From positions 1 to 46,582 of the forward strand of contig CAVXTM010000006.1 in the NCBI GenBank assembly GCA_963764725.1: a stretch of 46,582 nucleotides of DNA, written 5' to 3'. The position numbers were made by a program, and so were the translations under genes. Below the pieces are notes generated by a model. The model did no database searches. It worked only from the letters and a program-made list of their open reading frames with translations, and was not told the origin of the DNA. The first letter of the stretch is position 1. Each line of letters begins with the position of its first letter. Shown one piece after another: positions 20,234 through 31,671 of this stretch. Origin of the DNA: an uncultured Gammaproteobacteria bacterium. GTDB lineage: Bacteria; Pseudomonadota; Gammaproteobacteria; JACCXJ01.

Positions 20234-20433
20234 TACGAATACGGTTAAATCGCCTCTAATGTTCAGAAAATTAAAGCGAGCTTTTCCCTTCCTGCCCGGC
20301 TTTTAAGCGGTCGCTGCTAGACGTACCGGAGTCGGCGACCTCAAAGAGATTCTTGCAGTCCCACAAAAACGGTCATGTGCTAAGCAATTTAAATCTCCCG
20401 CTTACGAGCACCGAATGGCATCACACCTAAAGT

Positions 20434-20475
20434 ACAAGTTAGACTTGACGTTTATATGATTTCCCTGTAGATAAT
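20434..20475 (+). promoter_or_regulatory. Operator/promoter upstream of DUF4224-integrase
   Basis: ACAAGttagaCTTG (20434-20447) overlaps TTGACG, the same architecture as the cro promoter. A weaker copy AAAGagattCTTG lies at 20343-20355. Confidence 0.65.
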
Positions 20476-20598
20476 AAGCACCTGACCATTGGGGCGTGTC
20501 TCCGGTCGCAATATAGGTCGCTGAGGCAGCAAGGCGCCATGCTGCGGTTGAGCGCGATGATTCCAGCGGGTTCGGAAACGTCACATTTGGCTCGTGTT

Positions 20599-20835
20599 AT
20601 GATGATAAACGCTGGCACCTTTCTCACGACCAGTGAAATGATTGAGCTTACCGGCCGCAAGCGGTGGACTGCGCAGATTGCCGCATTGCGTGCCGAAGGC
20701 ATCGAGCACGTAATCCGCATTGATGGCAAGCCCTTGGTGCTTAGGGCTTATTTGTTTAGGCGGATGGGTGTGCATCAATCTTTGCTTAAAGCCCCCGCGG
20801 AACCCGATTGGAGTGCGCTCAATGGCGCCGCGTAA
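20599..20835 (+). CDS. DUF4224 protein (putative excisionase)
   Basis: FLTTSEMIELTGRKRWTAQIAAL...GI....DGKPLV...EPDWSAL; overlaps the integrase start. Confidence 0.8.
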   Translation: MMINAGTFLTTSEMIELTGRKRWTAQIAALRAEGIEHVIRIDGKPLVLRAYLFRRMGVHQSLLKAPAEPDWSALNGAA

Positions 20836-21853
20836 GCGTAACCCTGAGAATAAAGGCCTGCCTCTGCGCTGGTGTTATCAACATGGTGCGTATTATTATC
20901 AAGTACCACCCGGGCTCGAGATGCAATGGGACGCCAAGCGAAAATTCAAACTCGGGCGCACGCTGCCGGATGCATATAGAGTATGGGCACAGCGCATACC
21001 GGGCTCTGGTGAGGCAAGGACCGTTGGTGATCTCCTCGACCGCTACGCGGCAGAGGTCGTGCCAGCGAAGGCACCCAAGACACAACAGAGCAATATACCG
21101 GCGATCAAGCGCCTCAAGGCTGTGTTCGGACACATGCCGTTGGAAGCCCTCAAGCCCAAGCACGTATACCAATATCTCGACAAGCGCGGGGCGCGTGTGG
21201 CCGCCAAGCGCGAGATCGAGGTCCTTTCTCATACTTACACCAAAGCCATCGAATGGGGCCTCATTGAGGCCCATCCGATTAAGGGCAAGGTGATACGCGC
21301 GGGGACACCGCCGCGCACTCGCTATGTCGAAGATTGGGAGATCGTCGAGGCGCTCTCAGTGGCAGGCCCAGTCCTACGCACCTATATATCGATCAAACTA
21401 CTCACGGGTTTGAGACGCGCCGATCTCCTTGGGCTGCGCATGGCGGATATCCGCGAGGATGGGATCCATGTGGCGCCCCGCAAGACCGCTAAGACCACTG
21501 GTAAGCGGCTGATTATCGAATGGTCACAAAGCTTGCGTTCAGCTGTGGAGGCCGCGCTTGCCGTCCGGCCTAAAGATATCGCACCGTGGCTTTTTTGTAC
21601 TCGCCGGGGAGAATCCTACGTGAAGGCAGATGGCACGGCCAATGGCTGGGATTCGCTCTGGCAACGCTTCATGACCAAAGTATTGGCAAATACCAAGGTC
21701 AAAGACCGGTTCACCGAGCACGATTTGCGTGCGAAGTGTGCTTCTGACGCACCGAGCTTAGAACGCGCTCGGCAACTCCTTGCCCATGCCGATGCCGCGC
21801 TTACCCAGCGGGTTTACCGGCGCAAACCAGAACGGGTGAAACCTGCTCAATAG
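20822..21853 (+). CDS. int: Tyrosine recombinase/integrase
   Basis: TGLRRADL, HDLRAK, LLAH, RVY catalytic residues all present; ends 59 bp from the tRNA 3' end. Confidence 0.93.
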   Translation: MAPRKRNPENKGLPLRWCYQHGAYYYQVPPGLEMQWDAKRKFKLGRTLPDAYRVWAQRIPGSGEARTVGDLLDRYAAEVVPAKAPKTQQSNIPAIKRLKAVFGHMPLEALKPKHVYQYLDKRGARVAAKREIEVLSHTYTKAIEWGLIEAHPIKGKVIRAGTPPRTRYVEDWEIVEALSVAGPVLRTYISIKLLTGLRRADLLGLRMADIREDGIHVAPRKTAKTTGKRLIIEWSQSLRSAVEAALAVRPKDIAPWLFCTRRGESYVKADGTANGWDSLWQRFMTKVLANTKVKDRFTEHDLRAKCASDAPSLERARQLLAHADAALTQRVYRRKPERVKPAQ

Positions 21854-21910
21854 CACACTAGCTGTTTTATAGCACAGTGGCCAAATTTTACCCAACGTAA
21901 GTCTTTGATT
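21850..21910. promoter_or_regulatory. att-arm region: two ATAGCACA direct repeats and an IHF consensus site
   Basis: ATAGCACA at 21850-21857 and 21869-21876. TAAGTCTTTGATT (21898-21910) matches WATCAANNNNTTR on the minus strand. Confidence 0.6.
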
Positions 21911-21912
21911 TA

Positions 21913-21989
21913 TGGCGCGCCCGGAGGGACTCGAACCCCCGACCACCTGGTTCGAAGCCAGGTACTCTATCCAGCTGAGCTACGGGCGC
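21913..21989 (-). tRNA. tRNA-Arg(UCG), CCA encoded
   Basis: GCGCCCGTAGCTCAGCTGGATAGAGTACCTGG-CTTCGAA-CCAGGTGGTCGGGGGTTCGAGTCCCTCCGGGCGCGCCA; 77-nt cloverleaf, anticodon TCG. Confidence 0.95.
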
Positions 21990-22183
21990 ACGGATTGGCC
22001 TCGGCGATGACGTTACCGCAAGCCTTCGGCAGCAGGCAATTACGAGGCAAGTATACGGTTATCTATGTTCCTGGCCAATATCACGATGTCCTAGCTTTAG
22101 CGGGTAACGTACAATTGCGATACTTGAATCGACACTGTGTGATATTACCCAGGCCCGACCGTTGTTACGCTGGAGATTAGTAC

Positions 22184-23632
22184 ATGAACCAACTTTTTCG
22201 TACCAAACCGACGACCGTACACGATTTTACCGATGGCGGGCTCAAGCGATGTCTTACCGCGTTCGATCTCACCTTGCTCGGTATCGGCGCCATCATTGGC
22301 GCCGGCATTTTCGTGCTGACCGGACGGGCCGCGGCCACCGACGCCGGGCCGGCCATCGTTCTGTCGTTCGTGATCGCCGGCATCGCCTGCACCTGCGCGG
22401 CGCTCGCCTACGCCGAGCTTGCCTCGAGCGTCGGCGGTGCCGGCTCGGCTTACGCTTACGGTTATGCCGGGCTCGGGGAGTTCCCGGCCTGGGTCATCGG
22501 ATGGATGCTGATCCTCGAGTATACGGTGGCTATCTCCACCGTTGCGGTCGGTTGGTCGGGGTATCTCAACAACGGGCTGCAGGCGCTATTCGGCGCCGGC
22601 TTCGTGGAAACTCTCCTGCACGGTCCGTGGGAGATGACTAGCGGCGGGGAGACGGGGATGGTCAACTTGCCGGCGCTCGCGATTGTCGCCACGCTCGGCG
22701 TGCTGCTCGCGATGGGCGCTAAGATCAGCGCTCAGTTCAACGCGGTGATGGTGTTCGTGAAGATGGCGGCTATTCTGTTATTTCTCGCGGTTGCGATCGA
22801 CCACCTCGAGCCATCCAACTGGAGTCCGTTCATCCCCGCGCCAGTCACGGATCCCGACGGGGCTACGCACTTCGGATGGCCGGGTGTGCTAACCGGTGCG
22901 GCCACCATCTTCTTCGCCTATATCGGCTTTGACGCGGTATCGACGGCCGCCGAGGAGTGCGAGAACCCACAGCGCGATTTGCCAATCGGTATTATCGGCT
23001 CGCTCGCGGTCTGCACCGTGCTGTACATTGCGGTATCCGGGGTGTTGACCGGAATCGTGCCTTACTCCGAGCTTAAGACCGCCTCGCCGGTGGCCAGCGC
23101 GCTGCTCAAGGTTGGCGAAGAGTGGGCGGCCGGCCTCATTGCGTTGGGCGCCATCGCTGGCCTCACCACGGTCATGCTGGTGCTCTATTTTGCAATCACG
23201 CGGATTCTGTTCGCGATCTCGCGCGATGGACTACTGCCGCCCTTCTTCTCGCACATCAGCGAGCGGACCAAGAGCCCGGTGCGGGTCATCGTCATGATAG
23301 GCGCGATCATGTGCGGCCTGGCAGGCTTCCTGCCGCTCGACCGGCTCGCGGAACTAACGAACATCGGCACCTTGGGCGCGTTCGTTGTGGTGTGCGCCGG
23401 TGTCATCACATTGCGCCGCACGCATCCGCACATGGCGCGAGGATTTCGCACACCCTTTGGTCCCATTATCCCGCTGCTCGGTATCGGCTTTTGCCTGTGG
23501 CTCATGGCTAGCCTGAGGGTTGAAACTTGGCAAGCTTTTGGGGTGTGGTTGATCGCGGGATTGGTCGTCTACTTCAGCTACTCGATGCGTCACAGTAAGC
23601 TGGCAGGGGTGACGACACGACCCCTAGCTTAA
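22184..23632 (+). CDS. APC-family amino acid permease (CAT-like)
   Basis: GIGAIIGAGIF, YAELAS, GSAYAY, FFAYIGFDAVSTAAEE; about 12 TM segments. Confidence 0.93.
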   Translation: MNQLFRTKPTTVHDFTDGGLKRCLTAFDLTLLGIGAIIGAGIFVLTGRAAATDAGPAIVLSFVIAGIACTCAALAYAELASSVGGAGSAYAYGYAGLGEFPAWVIGWMLILEYTVAISTVAVGWSGYLNNGLQALFGAGFVETLLHGPWEMTSGGETGMVNLPALAIVATLGVLLAMGAKISAQFNAVMVFVKMAAILLFLAVAIDHLEPSNWSPFIPAPVTDPDGATHFGWPGVLTGAATIFFAYIGFDAVSTAAEECENPQRDLPIGIIGSLAVCTVLYIAVSGVLTGIVPYSELKTASPVASALLKVGEEWAAGLIALGAIAGLTTVMLVLYFAITRILFAISRDGLLPPFFSHISERTKSPVRVIVMIGAIMCGLAGFLPLDRLAELTNIGTLGAFVVVCAGVITLRRTHPHMARGFRTPFGPIIPLLGIGFCLWLMASLRVETWQAFGVWLIAGLVVYFSYSMRHSKLAGVTTRPLA

Positions 23633-23678
23633 GGCGTGATCAGCGAGCGCCGGCGCCACGCGGGGTGAAGGTTGACCC

Positions 23679-24098
23679 TCACGTCTCATCGGGTTCTTGG
23701 ATTGCAATCGATATGTTGAGGAGGCGCAAGCGGCGCGCCGCATCCAAAACCGTCACCACCGCTTGATGTGTGGCCTTGGCATCCGCGCTGATGACGATCG
23801 TCGGGTTATTCATTCCTTTCGCGGCTTTGCCAAGCGCTTGTTCGATCGTAGCAAGCTTGGCATCGACCACAGGCTCTCCGTTTACATTACATTGACCGTT
23901 GGCGTCTAAGGTGACCTCGATCGCCTTCTCGCGATTACTCTCCTCGTTTGACGCTGCTTCGGGCAGCGTTAACGACAATTGAGATTTCGCCACAAAGGTC
24001 GTCGACACCATGAAGAAGATGACGAGAAATAGCAGTACATCAATTAGCGAGATAAGATTGATCTCAACGTCATCTTGGCGCAGACGTTTCAGTTTCAT
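23679..24098 (-). CDS. exbD: ExbD/TolR biopolymer transport protein
   Basis: INLISLIDVLLFLVIFFMV, ISADAKATHQAVVTVLDAAR. Confidence 0.88.
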   Translation of the reverse strand: MKLKRLRQDDVEINLISLIDVLLFLVIFFMVSTTFVAKSQLSLTLPEAASNEESNREKAIEVTLDANGQCNVNGEPVVDAKLATIEQALGKAAKGMNNPTIVISADAKATHQAVVTVLDAARRLRLLNISIAIQEPDET

Positions 24099-24736
24099 CG
24101 CCCCCTCCCCAGGTAAGTGAGATCGGCGCCTTCCCGATCGCCATGGATCACCTCGACGAGCTTCAATGCCTCTTGCTCCATGGTGACGACGAGCGCATCG
24201 ACTTTCCCGCGCAAATACCGGTAAGCCATCAGTGCCGGGATCGCCACGATCAACCCGGCAGCGGTGGTGATCAACGCTTCGGCGATGCCGGCGGAGACTA
24301 CACTCGGATCGCTCACACCATGCTCACTGATGGCCGAAAACGCCCGAATCATACCGGTCACCGTGCCCAGCAAGCCGAGCAACGGGCTCACCGTGGCGAT
24401 GGTACCGAGCGTATTGAGATACCGTTCCAATTCATGCACGACGTGGCGGCCTACGTCTTCTATGCTTTCTTTCATTACTTGCCGATCATGGCGCAATTGC
24501 ATGAGGCCCGCCGCCAGGATCCGGCCCAAGGGCGAATGGTGTCTTAAGCTTTGGATGCGCTTTGCATCCAAATGGCCGTGCTTAAACCATTGCCACACCT
24601 GCGCGACCAGGGTCGGTGGGGTCACGCGTCTTGTCTGTAAGGTCCAAAAACGCTCAGCCACGATCGCGAGTGCGACCACCGAGCACGCGATGATGGGCGC
24701 CATCATCCAGCCACCCGCTTTGATCAGCTCAAACAC
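24095..24736 (-). CDS. exbB: MotA/TolQ/ExbB proton channel protein
   Basis: LGTIATVSPLLGLLGTVTGMI, GIAEALITTAAGL. GTG start at 24736 (the ORF is open to 24754). Confidence 0.88.
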   Translation of the reverse strand: MFELIKAGGWMMAPIIACSVVALAIVAERFWTLQTRRVTPPTLVAQVWQWFKHGHLDAKRIQSLRHHSPLGRILAAGLMQLRHDRQVMKESIEDVGRHVVHELERYLNTLGTIATVSPLLGLLGTVTGMIRAFSAISEHGVSDPSVVSAGIAEALITTAAGLIVAIPALMAYRYLRGKVDALVVTMEQEALKLVEVIHGDREGADLTYLGRGR

Positions 24737-24830
24737 GCTACTCTTATCCCCCACTGAGTTCAGATATAATGCTAATAGACAATATCAGATTAATGCGACC
24801 TCGGCGAAGTAGCTTCAGTCACAGTGAAAC

Positions 24831-26177
24831 ATGATGATGGCCCTTATTAAACGCGGTTTCGTGCTCCTATTACTCGTCGTTTCCCTCGGCGCTTGTCAAA
24901 ACTTTTCACGCATATCAATCGACAGCCTACATGGCGAAATCCCTGACGCCCCTGCGCCGCCGGACGTTGCACAACCGCAAACTCCGGTTACTGCCGAGCC
25001 ACCGGCGCGTCAAGATACCTTTGTCCTGGCGGACGACTCTGACGTGATCGGGGAATTGTATGTCATTACCGCACGTGAAGAAGATACATTTGTCGATCTC
25101 GCGCGCGAGTACGACCTCGGATACAACGAGCTCCGCGATGCCAACCCAGGCGTCGATCCTTGGCTTCCGAAGGAAGGCACGCATCTGATCTTACCGGCAC
25201 GCCATATTCTGCCAGACGCCCCGCGCGAAGGAATCGTGCTTAATCTTTCGGCCTTGCGTTTGTTTTTCTTTCCGAAGCGCAAACCCGCGGAGTCGCAGAT
25301 CGTCGTTACCCATCCCATCGGTATCGGACGCGAGGACTGGCCGACGCCGCAGGGTGCGACGACCGTTGTAAGCAAAGTCGCCAAACCGAGTTGGAACGTC
25401 CCCGCATCGATTCGCGCCGAACACGCGGCGAAGGGCGATCCCTTGCCGGCGGTGGTACCGCCCGGGCCGGACAATCCATTGGGTGAGTTCGCCCTGCGGC
25501 TTGGGTTTGAGAGTTATCTGATTCACGGAACGAATAGACCCGCCGGAATCGGTTTGCGCGTAAGCCACGGCTGCATTCAACTGTTCCCCGAAGACATTGA
25601 TACCCTGTTCAAAGAAATACCGATCGGTACCCCGGTGCGGATCGTGAACCAGCCGTACCTCGCAGGTTGGCGCGACGGAATCCTATATGTTGAAGCGCAT
25701 GAACCCCTGGACCCGGAGCCCGGCGCGGCCGCTCTCCAAGAACAACTGCGAACCCGGCTGGACGAAATAGCTTCCGAGCGCGGTGTTATCGATTGGCCGC
25801 GGATCGACAAACTGCTCGATCTCGGCCGCGGTCTACCGTTACCGGTCGAACGTAATCAGCCCGATATCGAGGGCGCGCTCGCGGCCATTCCGGTATCACG
25901 GGCCGCTTCGCAACCAATTCTGACGGCCACGGCCACCGCCCCGAGCCGCCCATGGTACGTCCAGGCGGGAAGCTTTAAGAATCTGCACGCCGCCCGCCGT
26001 GTATCCGCGATCATCGAGCACCTAGGCCCGCCGATCCCCGCCCGAGCCGTGGCTAACCGGGGCTATCACCAAGTCTTAGCCGGTCCCTTTGACAGCCGTG
26101 CCGAAGCCGAAGCCAACGCAAAACGCATCGAAGCGAGCCTCGGCACAGAAACTCTCGTGGTTGACCCGGGTATTTAG
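24831..26177 (+). CDS. L,D-transpeptidase (ErfK/YcfS type) lipoprotein with C-terminal SPOR domain
   Basis: LGAC lipobox; ANPGVDPWLP; PPGPDNPLG; IHGTN; SHGCI; C-terminal WYVQAGSF...VLAGPFDSRAEA. Confidence 0.9.
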   Translation: MMMALIKRGFVLLLLVVSLGACQNFSRISIDSLHGEIPDAPAPPDVAQPQTPVTAEPPARQDTFVLADDSDVIGELYVITAREEDTFVDLAREYDLGYNELRDANPGVDPWLPKEGTHLILPARHILPDAPREGIVLNLSALRLFFFPKRKPAESQIVVTHPIGIGREDWPTPQGATTVVSKVAKPSWNVPASIRAEHAAKGDPLPAVVPPGPDNPLGEFALRLGFESYLIHGTNRPAGIGLRVSHGCIQLFPEDIDTLFKEIPIGTPVRIVNQPYLAGWRDGILYVEAHEPLDPEPGAAALQEQLRTRLDEIASERGVIDWPRIDKLLDLGRGLPLPVERNQPDIEGALAAIPVSRAASQPILTATATAPSRPWYVQAGSFKNLHAARRVSAIIEHLGPPIPARAVANRGYHQVLAGPFDSRAEAEANAKRIEASLGTETLVVDPGI

Positions 26178-26260
26178 CCGCACCCGCACTTTTCTTACCC
26201 ATCGTGTGTCGAACCAACGCCGGGGCTAGAATTCTGAAAAAGACTCCAGGAGTGCAGCGA

Positions 26261-26788
26261 ATGAAATTCCACCTCATGTTCTTAGTTGGATTGCTCGCCG
26301 CGCAAACGGCATCGGGTGGCGATCCGGATCACAGCGCTCATGACGGGCAAGCAGCGACACACAATGGCCACCACCATAGCGCGCATGGCGCCGGCAACCG
26401 GGCGGTAGGACAACCGGGACATCCAGATCGCGTCGACCGAAGCATTGCAGTGAGCGCCTCGGATACGATGCGCTACGATCCGCCGGAGATTACCGTCAAA
26501 CCCGGTGAAACCATCCGCTTCGAGGTAAAAAACGACGGGAAGTTACGGCACGAGTTCATGATCGGCGATGCAACAGAGCAGCGCGCACACTCGGAGATGA
26601 TGAAGCGCGATCCCAACATGGTCCACAATGATCCAAATACGATCACCCTCGAAGCCGGCGAATCGAAAACCCTCGTTTGGCAGTTCGGCGAAGTAGGCGA
26701 GCTCGAAATCGGTTGCCACGTTCCAGGTCACTACGAAGCCGGAATGCTCGCGCGCGTGCGGGTGATCGCCTCTGACAACGCTCAGTGA
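26261..26788 (+). CDS. Periplasmic cupredoxin (CopI-like) with His-rich N-terminus
   Basis: Signal peptide, HNGHHHSAH, DTMRYDP, HEFMIG, CHVPGHYEAGM. Confidence 0.85.
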   Translation: MKFHLMFLVGLLAAQTASGGDPDHSAHDGQAATHNGHHHSAHGAGNRAVGQPGHPDRVDRSIAVSASDTMRYDPPEITVKPGETIRFEVKNDGKLRHEFMIGDATEQRAHSEMMKRDPNMVHNDPNTITLEAGESKTLVWQFGEVGELEIGCHVPGHYEAGMLARVRVIASDNAQ

Positions 26789-27564
26789 AGCGGCGCGGGC
26801 GGTTTGAATAAGGCGACGAAATTGCGAGTCGTTGCCGCGAATACTTCGTGTGCCGGTATCCCCTTCAACTCGGCTATATATTCCGCAACATAGCGTACGT
26901 ACGCCGGTTGATTACTCTTGCCGCGATGCGGTACGGGCGCCAGATAGGGAGCATCGGTCTCCACGAGCATTCGTTCGAGCGGCATGCGCCGGGCGACTTC
27001 TTGGACGGACTTGGCATTCCGGAAAGTCACGATCCCCGAGAAAGAAACATAGAAGCCGAGATCCATTGCTCGCTGAGCAGTTTCCCACGTATCGACGAAA
27101 CAATGCATTACACCACCCACGGCATGAGCGCCGTCTAGGTGCAGGATCTTGAGCACATCCTCGGTGGCCTCGCGGTTGTGAATGATGAGCGGTTTGCGCA
27201 GCGCCTTTGCAACCGCGATATGCGTTCTGAACCGATCGCGCTGCCACGCGAGATCGCCCTCACTGCGATAGTAATCCAATCCGGTCTCCCCGATGGCGAT
27301 AACACAAGGCTCGGCCGCGAGCGCCGCCAGTTCGTCGAACCCCGGTTCGATCGTGGCCGCGGTATTGGGGTGCATGCCGACCGAGGCAAAGACTCCCTGA
27401 TGGGTTCGCGCCAACTGAATGATGTGGGGGGCGGTTTCGAGATCAACCGAAACACATAGGAGACGGTCGACACCTTCACGCTTGGCCGCCGCAAGGACTT
27501 GCTCCGTACTACCGTGATGCTCGCGATCGAGCAGCGTCAGGTGACAATGAGAATCGACAAGCAT
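26782..27564 (-). CDS. tatD: TatD-family hydrolase/DNase (YcfH)
   Basis: DSHCH, GETGLDYY, HCF, ETDAPYLAP. Confidence 0.93.
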   Translation of the reverse strand: MLVDSHCHLTLLDREHHGSTEQVLAAAKREGVDRLLCVSVDLETAPHIIQLARTHQGVFASVGMHPNTAATIEPGFDELAALAAEPCVIAIGETGLDYYRSEGDLAWQRDRFRTHIAVAKALRKPLIIHNREATEDVLKILHLDGAHAVGGVMHCFVDTWETAQRAMDLGFYVSFSGIVTFRNAKSVQEVARRMPLERMLVETDAPYLAPVPHRGKSNQPAYVRYVAEYIAELKGIPAHEVFAATTRNFVALFKPPAPLH

Positions 27565-27694
27565 TGACTTCGAGCGTATGGACGGTCGTCACTCGTCAAA
27601 CAAGCCGACTATACTCTCAATCACAGATCGGGGTCGCTGGCCAGCATTGCATAGGGCCTTTGCCGGGATTTCCTGAAGTTAATTGCGTGTCACA

Positions 27695-28051
27695 CTACAT
27701 CGTATGCGTCTGCCGATCGGACTTCAAGGCCGTTGCCAGCAAGGTTTCAATTTTGTTGCGCGTCGCGCCCTTGTCCGCGTCACTGATTTGCACGCCGATC
27801 CCCGCGGTACGATTACCTTGCGCGGACGCCGGGGTGATCCAGACGACGCGCCCGGCGACCGGCAAGCGTTCTTTACCGTCCAGTAAGTTTAGGATCATGA
27901 AGACTTCATCACCCAGGCCGTAAGCCTTCGTCGTCGGAATGAACAAGCCCCCGTTTCTTATGAACGGCATATAGGTGACATAGAGGGCGTGCGTGTCACG
28001 GAGTGTCAGCGACAGTATTCCCTGATGGACGTCTTTTGCCGGTACGCTCAT
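27695..28051 (-). CDS. pilZ: Type IV pilus PilZ protein
   Basis: YMPFIRNGGLFIPT, GRVVWITP, GIGVQ, THTM; holB-pilZ-tatD synteny. Confidence 0.92.
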   Translation of the reverse strand: MSVPAKDVHQGILSLTLRDTHALYVTYMPFIRNGGLFIPTTKAYGLGDEVFMILNLLDGKERLPVAGRVVWITPASAQGNRTAGIGVQISDADKGATRNKIETLLATALKSDRQTHTM

Positions 28052-28060
28052 GATGATAGG

Positions 28061-30729
<2,669 letters not shown>

Positions 30730-30737
<8 letters not shown>

Positions 30738-31584
30738 CGTGTGTCTGACGGGATAGAGCGATTTCCCGCACCAAACGACCGGGTTCGAAGAGGCGCTTGC
30801 GGCGCGCGAAAACCTGTGCGATAGGCCAAATCCCGATCACGCTATTGCATATAAACGCGTGGTCGGCACACCATAATTCGCTTAAGCGCATGGCTTTGAC
30901 CCGCGTCTCGACACCGAGCCGCTTTGCCGCCTCCACGATCACGCCCCGCATTATGCCGCAAACCCCCGCCACAGAGAGATCCGGAGTGAAGAGTTCTCCG
31001 CCTCGCACCAGAAATACATTGGACATCGTGCCTTCCGTTAGAAAACCGGCCGTATCCAGCATCAGACCCTCCGCAATCCCAGGGTCGTCCCACTCGCTAC
31101 GGGCCAAGACCTGTTCCAAACGATTGAGATGCTTAACACCTGCCAGGCTCCGGTTGCGTGCGAGGCGGGTCGTGCACAGGCGGACCGTGATCCCGCGTTG
31201 CCAATAATGCTTCGGATAATCTGGCCACGCGTAAAGTGCCCAGATCCGCGTGGGAATGACAGGAATAGCGGCGCGATAACCGCGCGTACCGATTCCCCGC
31301 GTCAGTATTAGCTTTAGAACCCCGCGTTGCACGCCATTGCGGCATTCCTGCGCCTCCTTTAGAAGCAACGGCTCTTCGGGCCGCGGAAACCCTAAACGCG
31401 CGCAGCCCAGTGCCAGGCGCGTGTAATGCCGGTCCCAATACCTGAGCGTGCCGTTGACGATCGCCAGCGTTTCGAACAGACCGTCGCCATAGTGCAGACC
31501 GCGATCGGACGCGTTAACGCAAGCATCCGGCAGCCCGTTGACCAGGATCGCCAGGGGGCCCGGGGATACTGCTTGTTCGTTCAA
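30730..31584 (-). CDS. pabC: Aminodeoxychorismate lyase
   Basis: DRGLHYGDGLFET, GVKHLNRLEQVL, EGTMSNVF. Confidence 0.92.
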
Positions 31585-31671
31585 CGATTATCCGTCCCCA
31601 GGGCGAAGGCGCGGTTTACTGCGGAACCTTGTCTCCGAACAAAACCAAGCTTAGAACGCACCGCGGGCGAA

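Larger units (their letters stand above)
14309..21912. mobile_element. Remnant of an integrative element inserted at the tRNA-Arg 3' end (minimum extent; left boundary not found)
   Basis: Integrase, DUF4224, cI/cro and parB-DUF2857-STY4528 abut the tRNA. No second tRNA 3' copy was seen in the window. Confidence 0.75.

Noticed and set aside
19140-21853. Prophage
   Set aside because: No terminase, capsid, tail or lysis genes; the genes downstream of cro are ICE-type.
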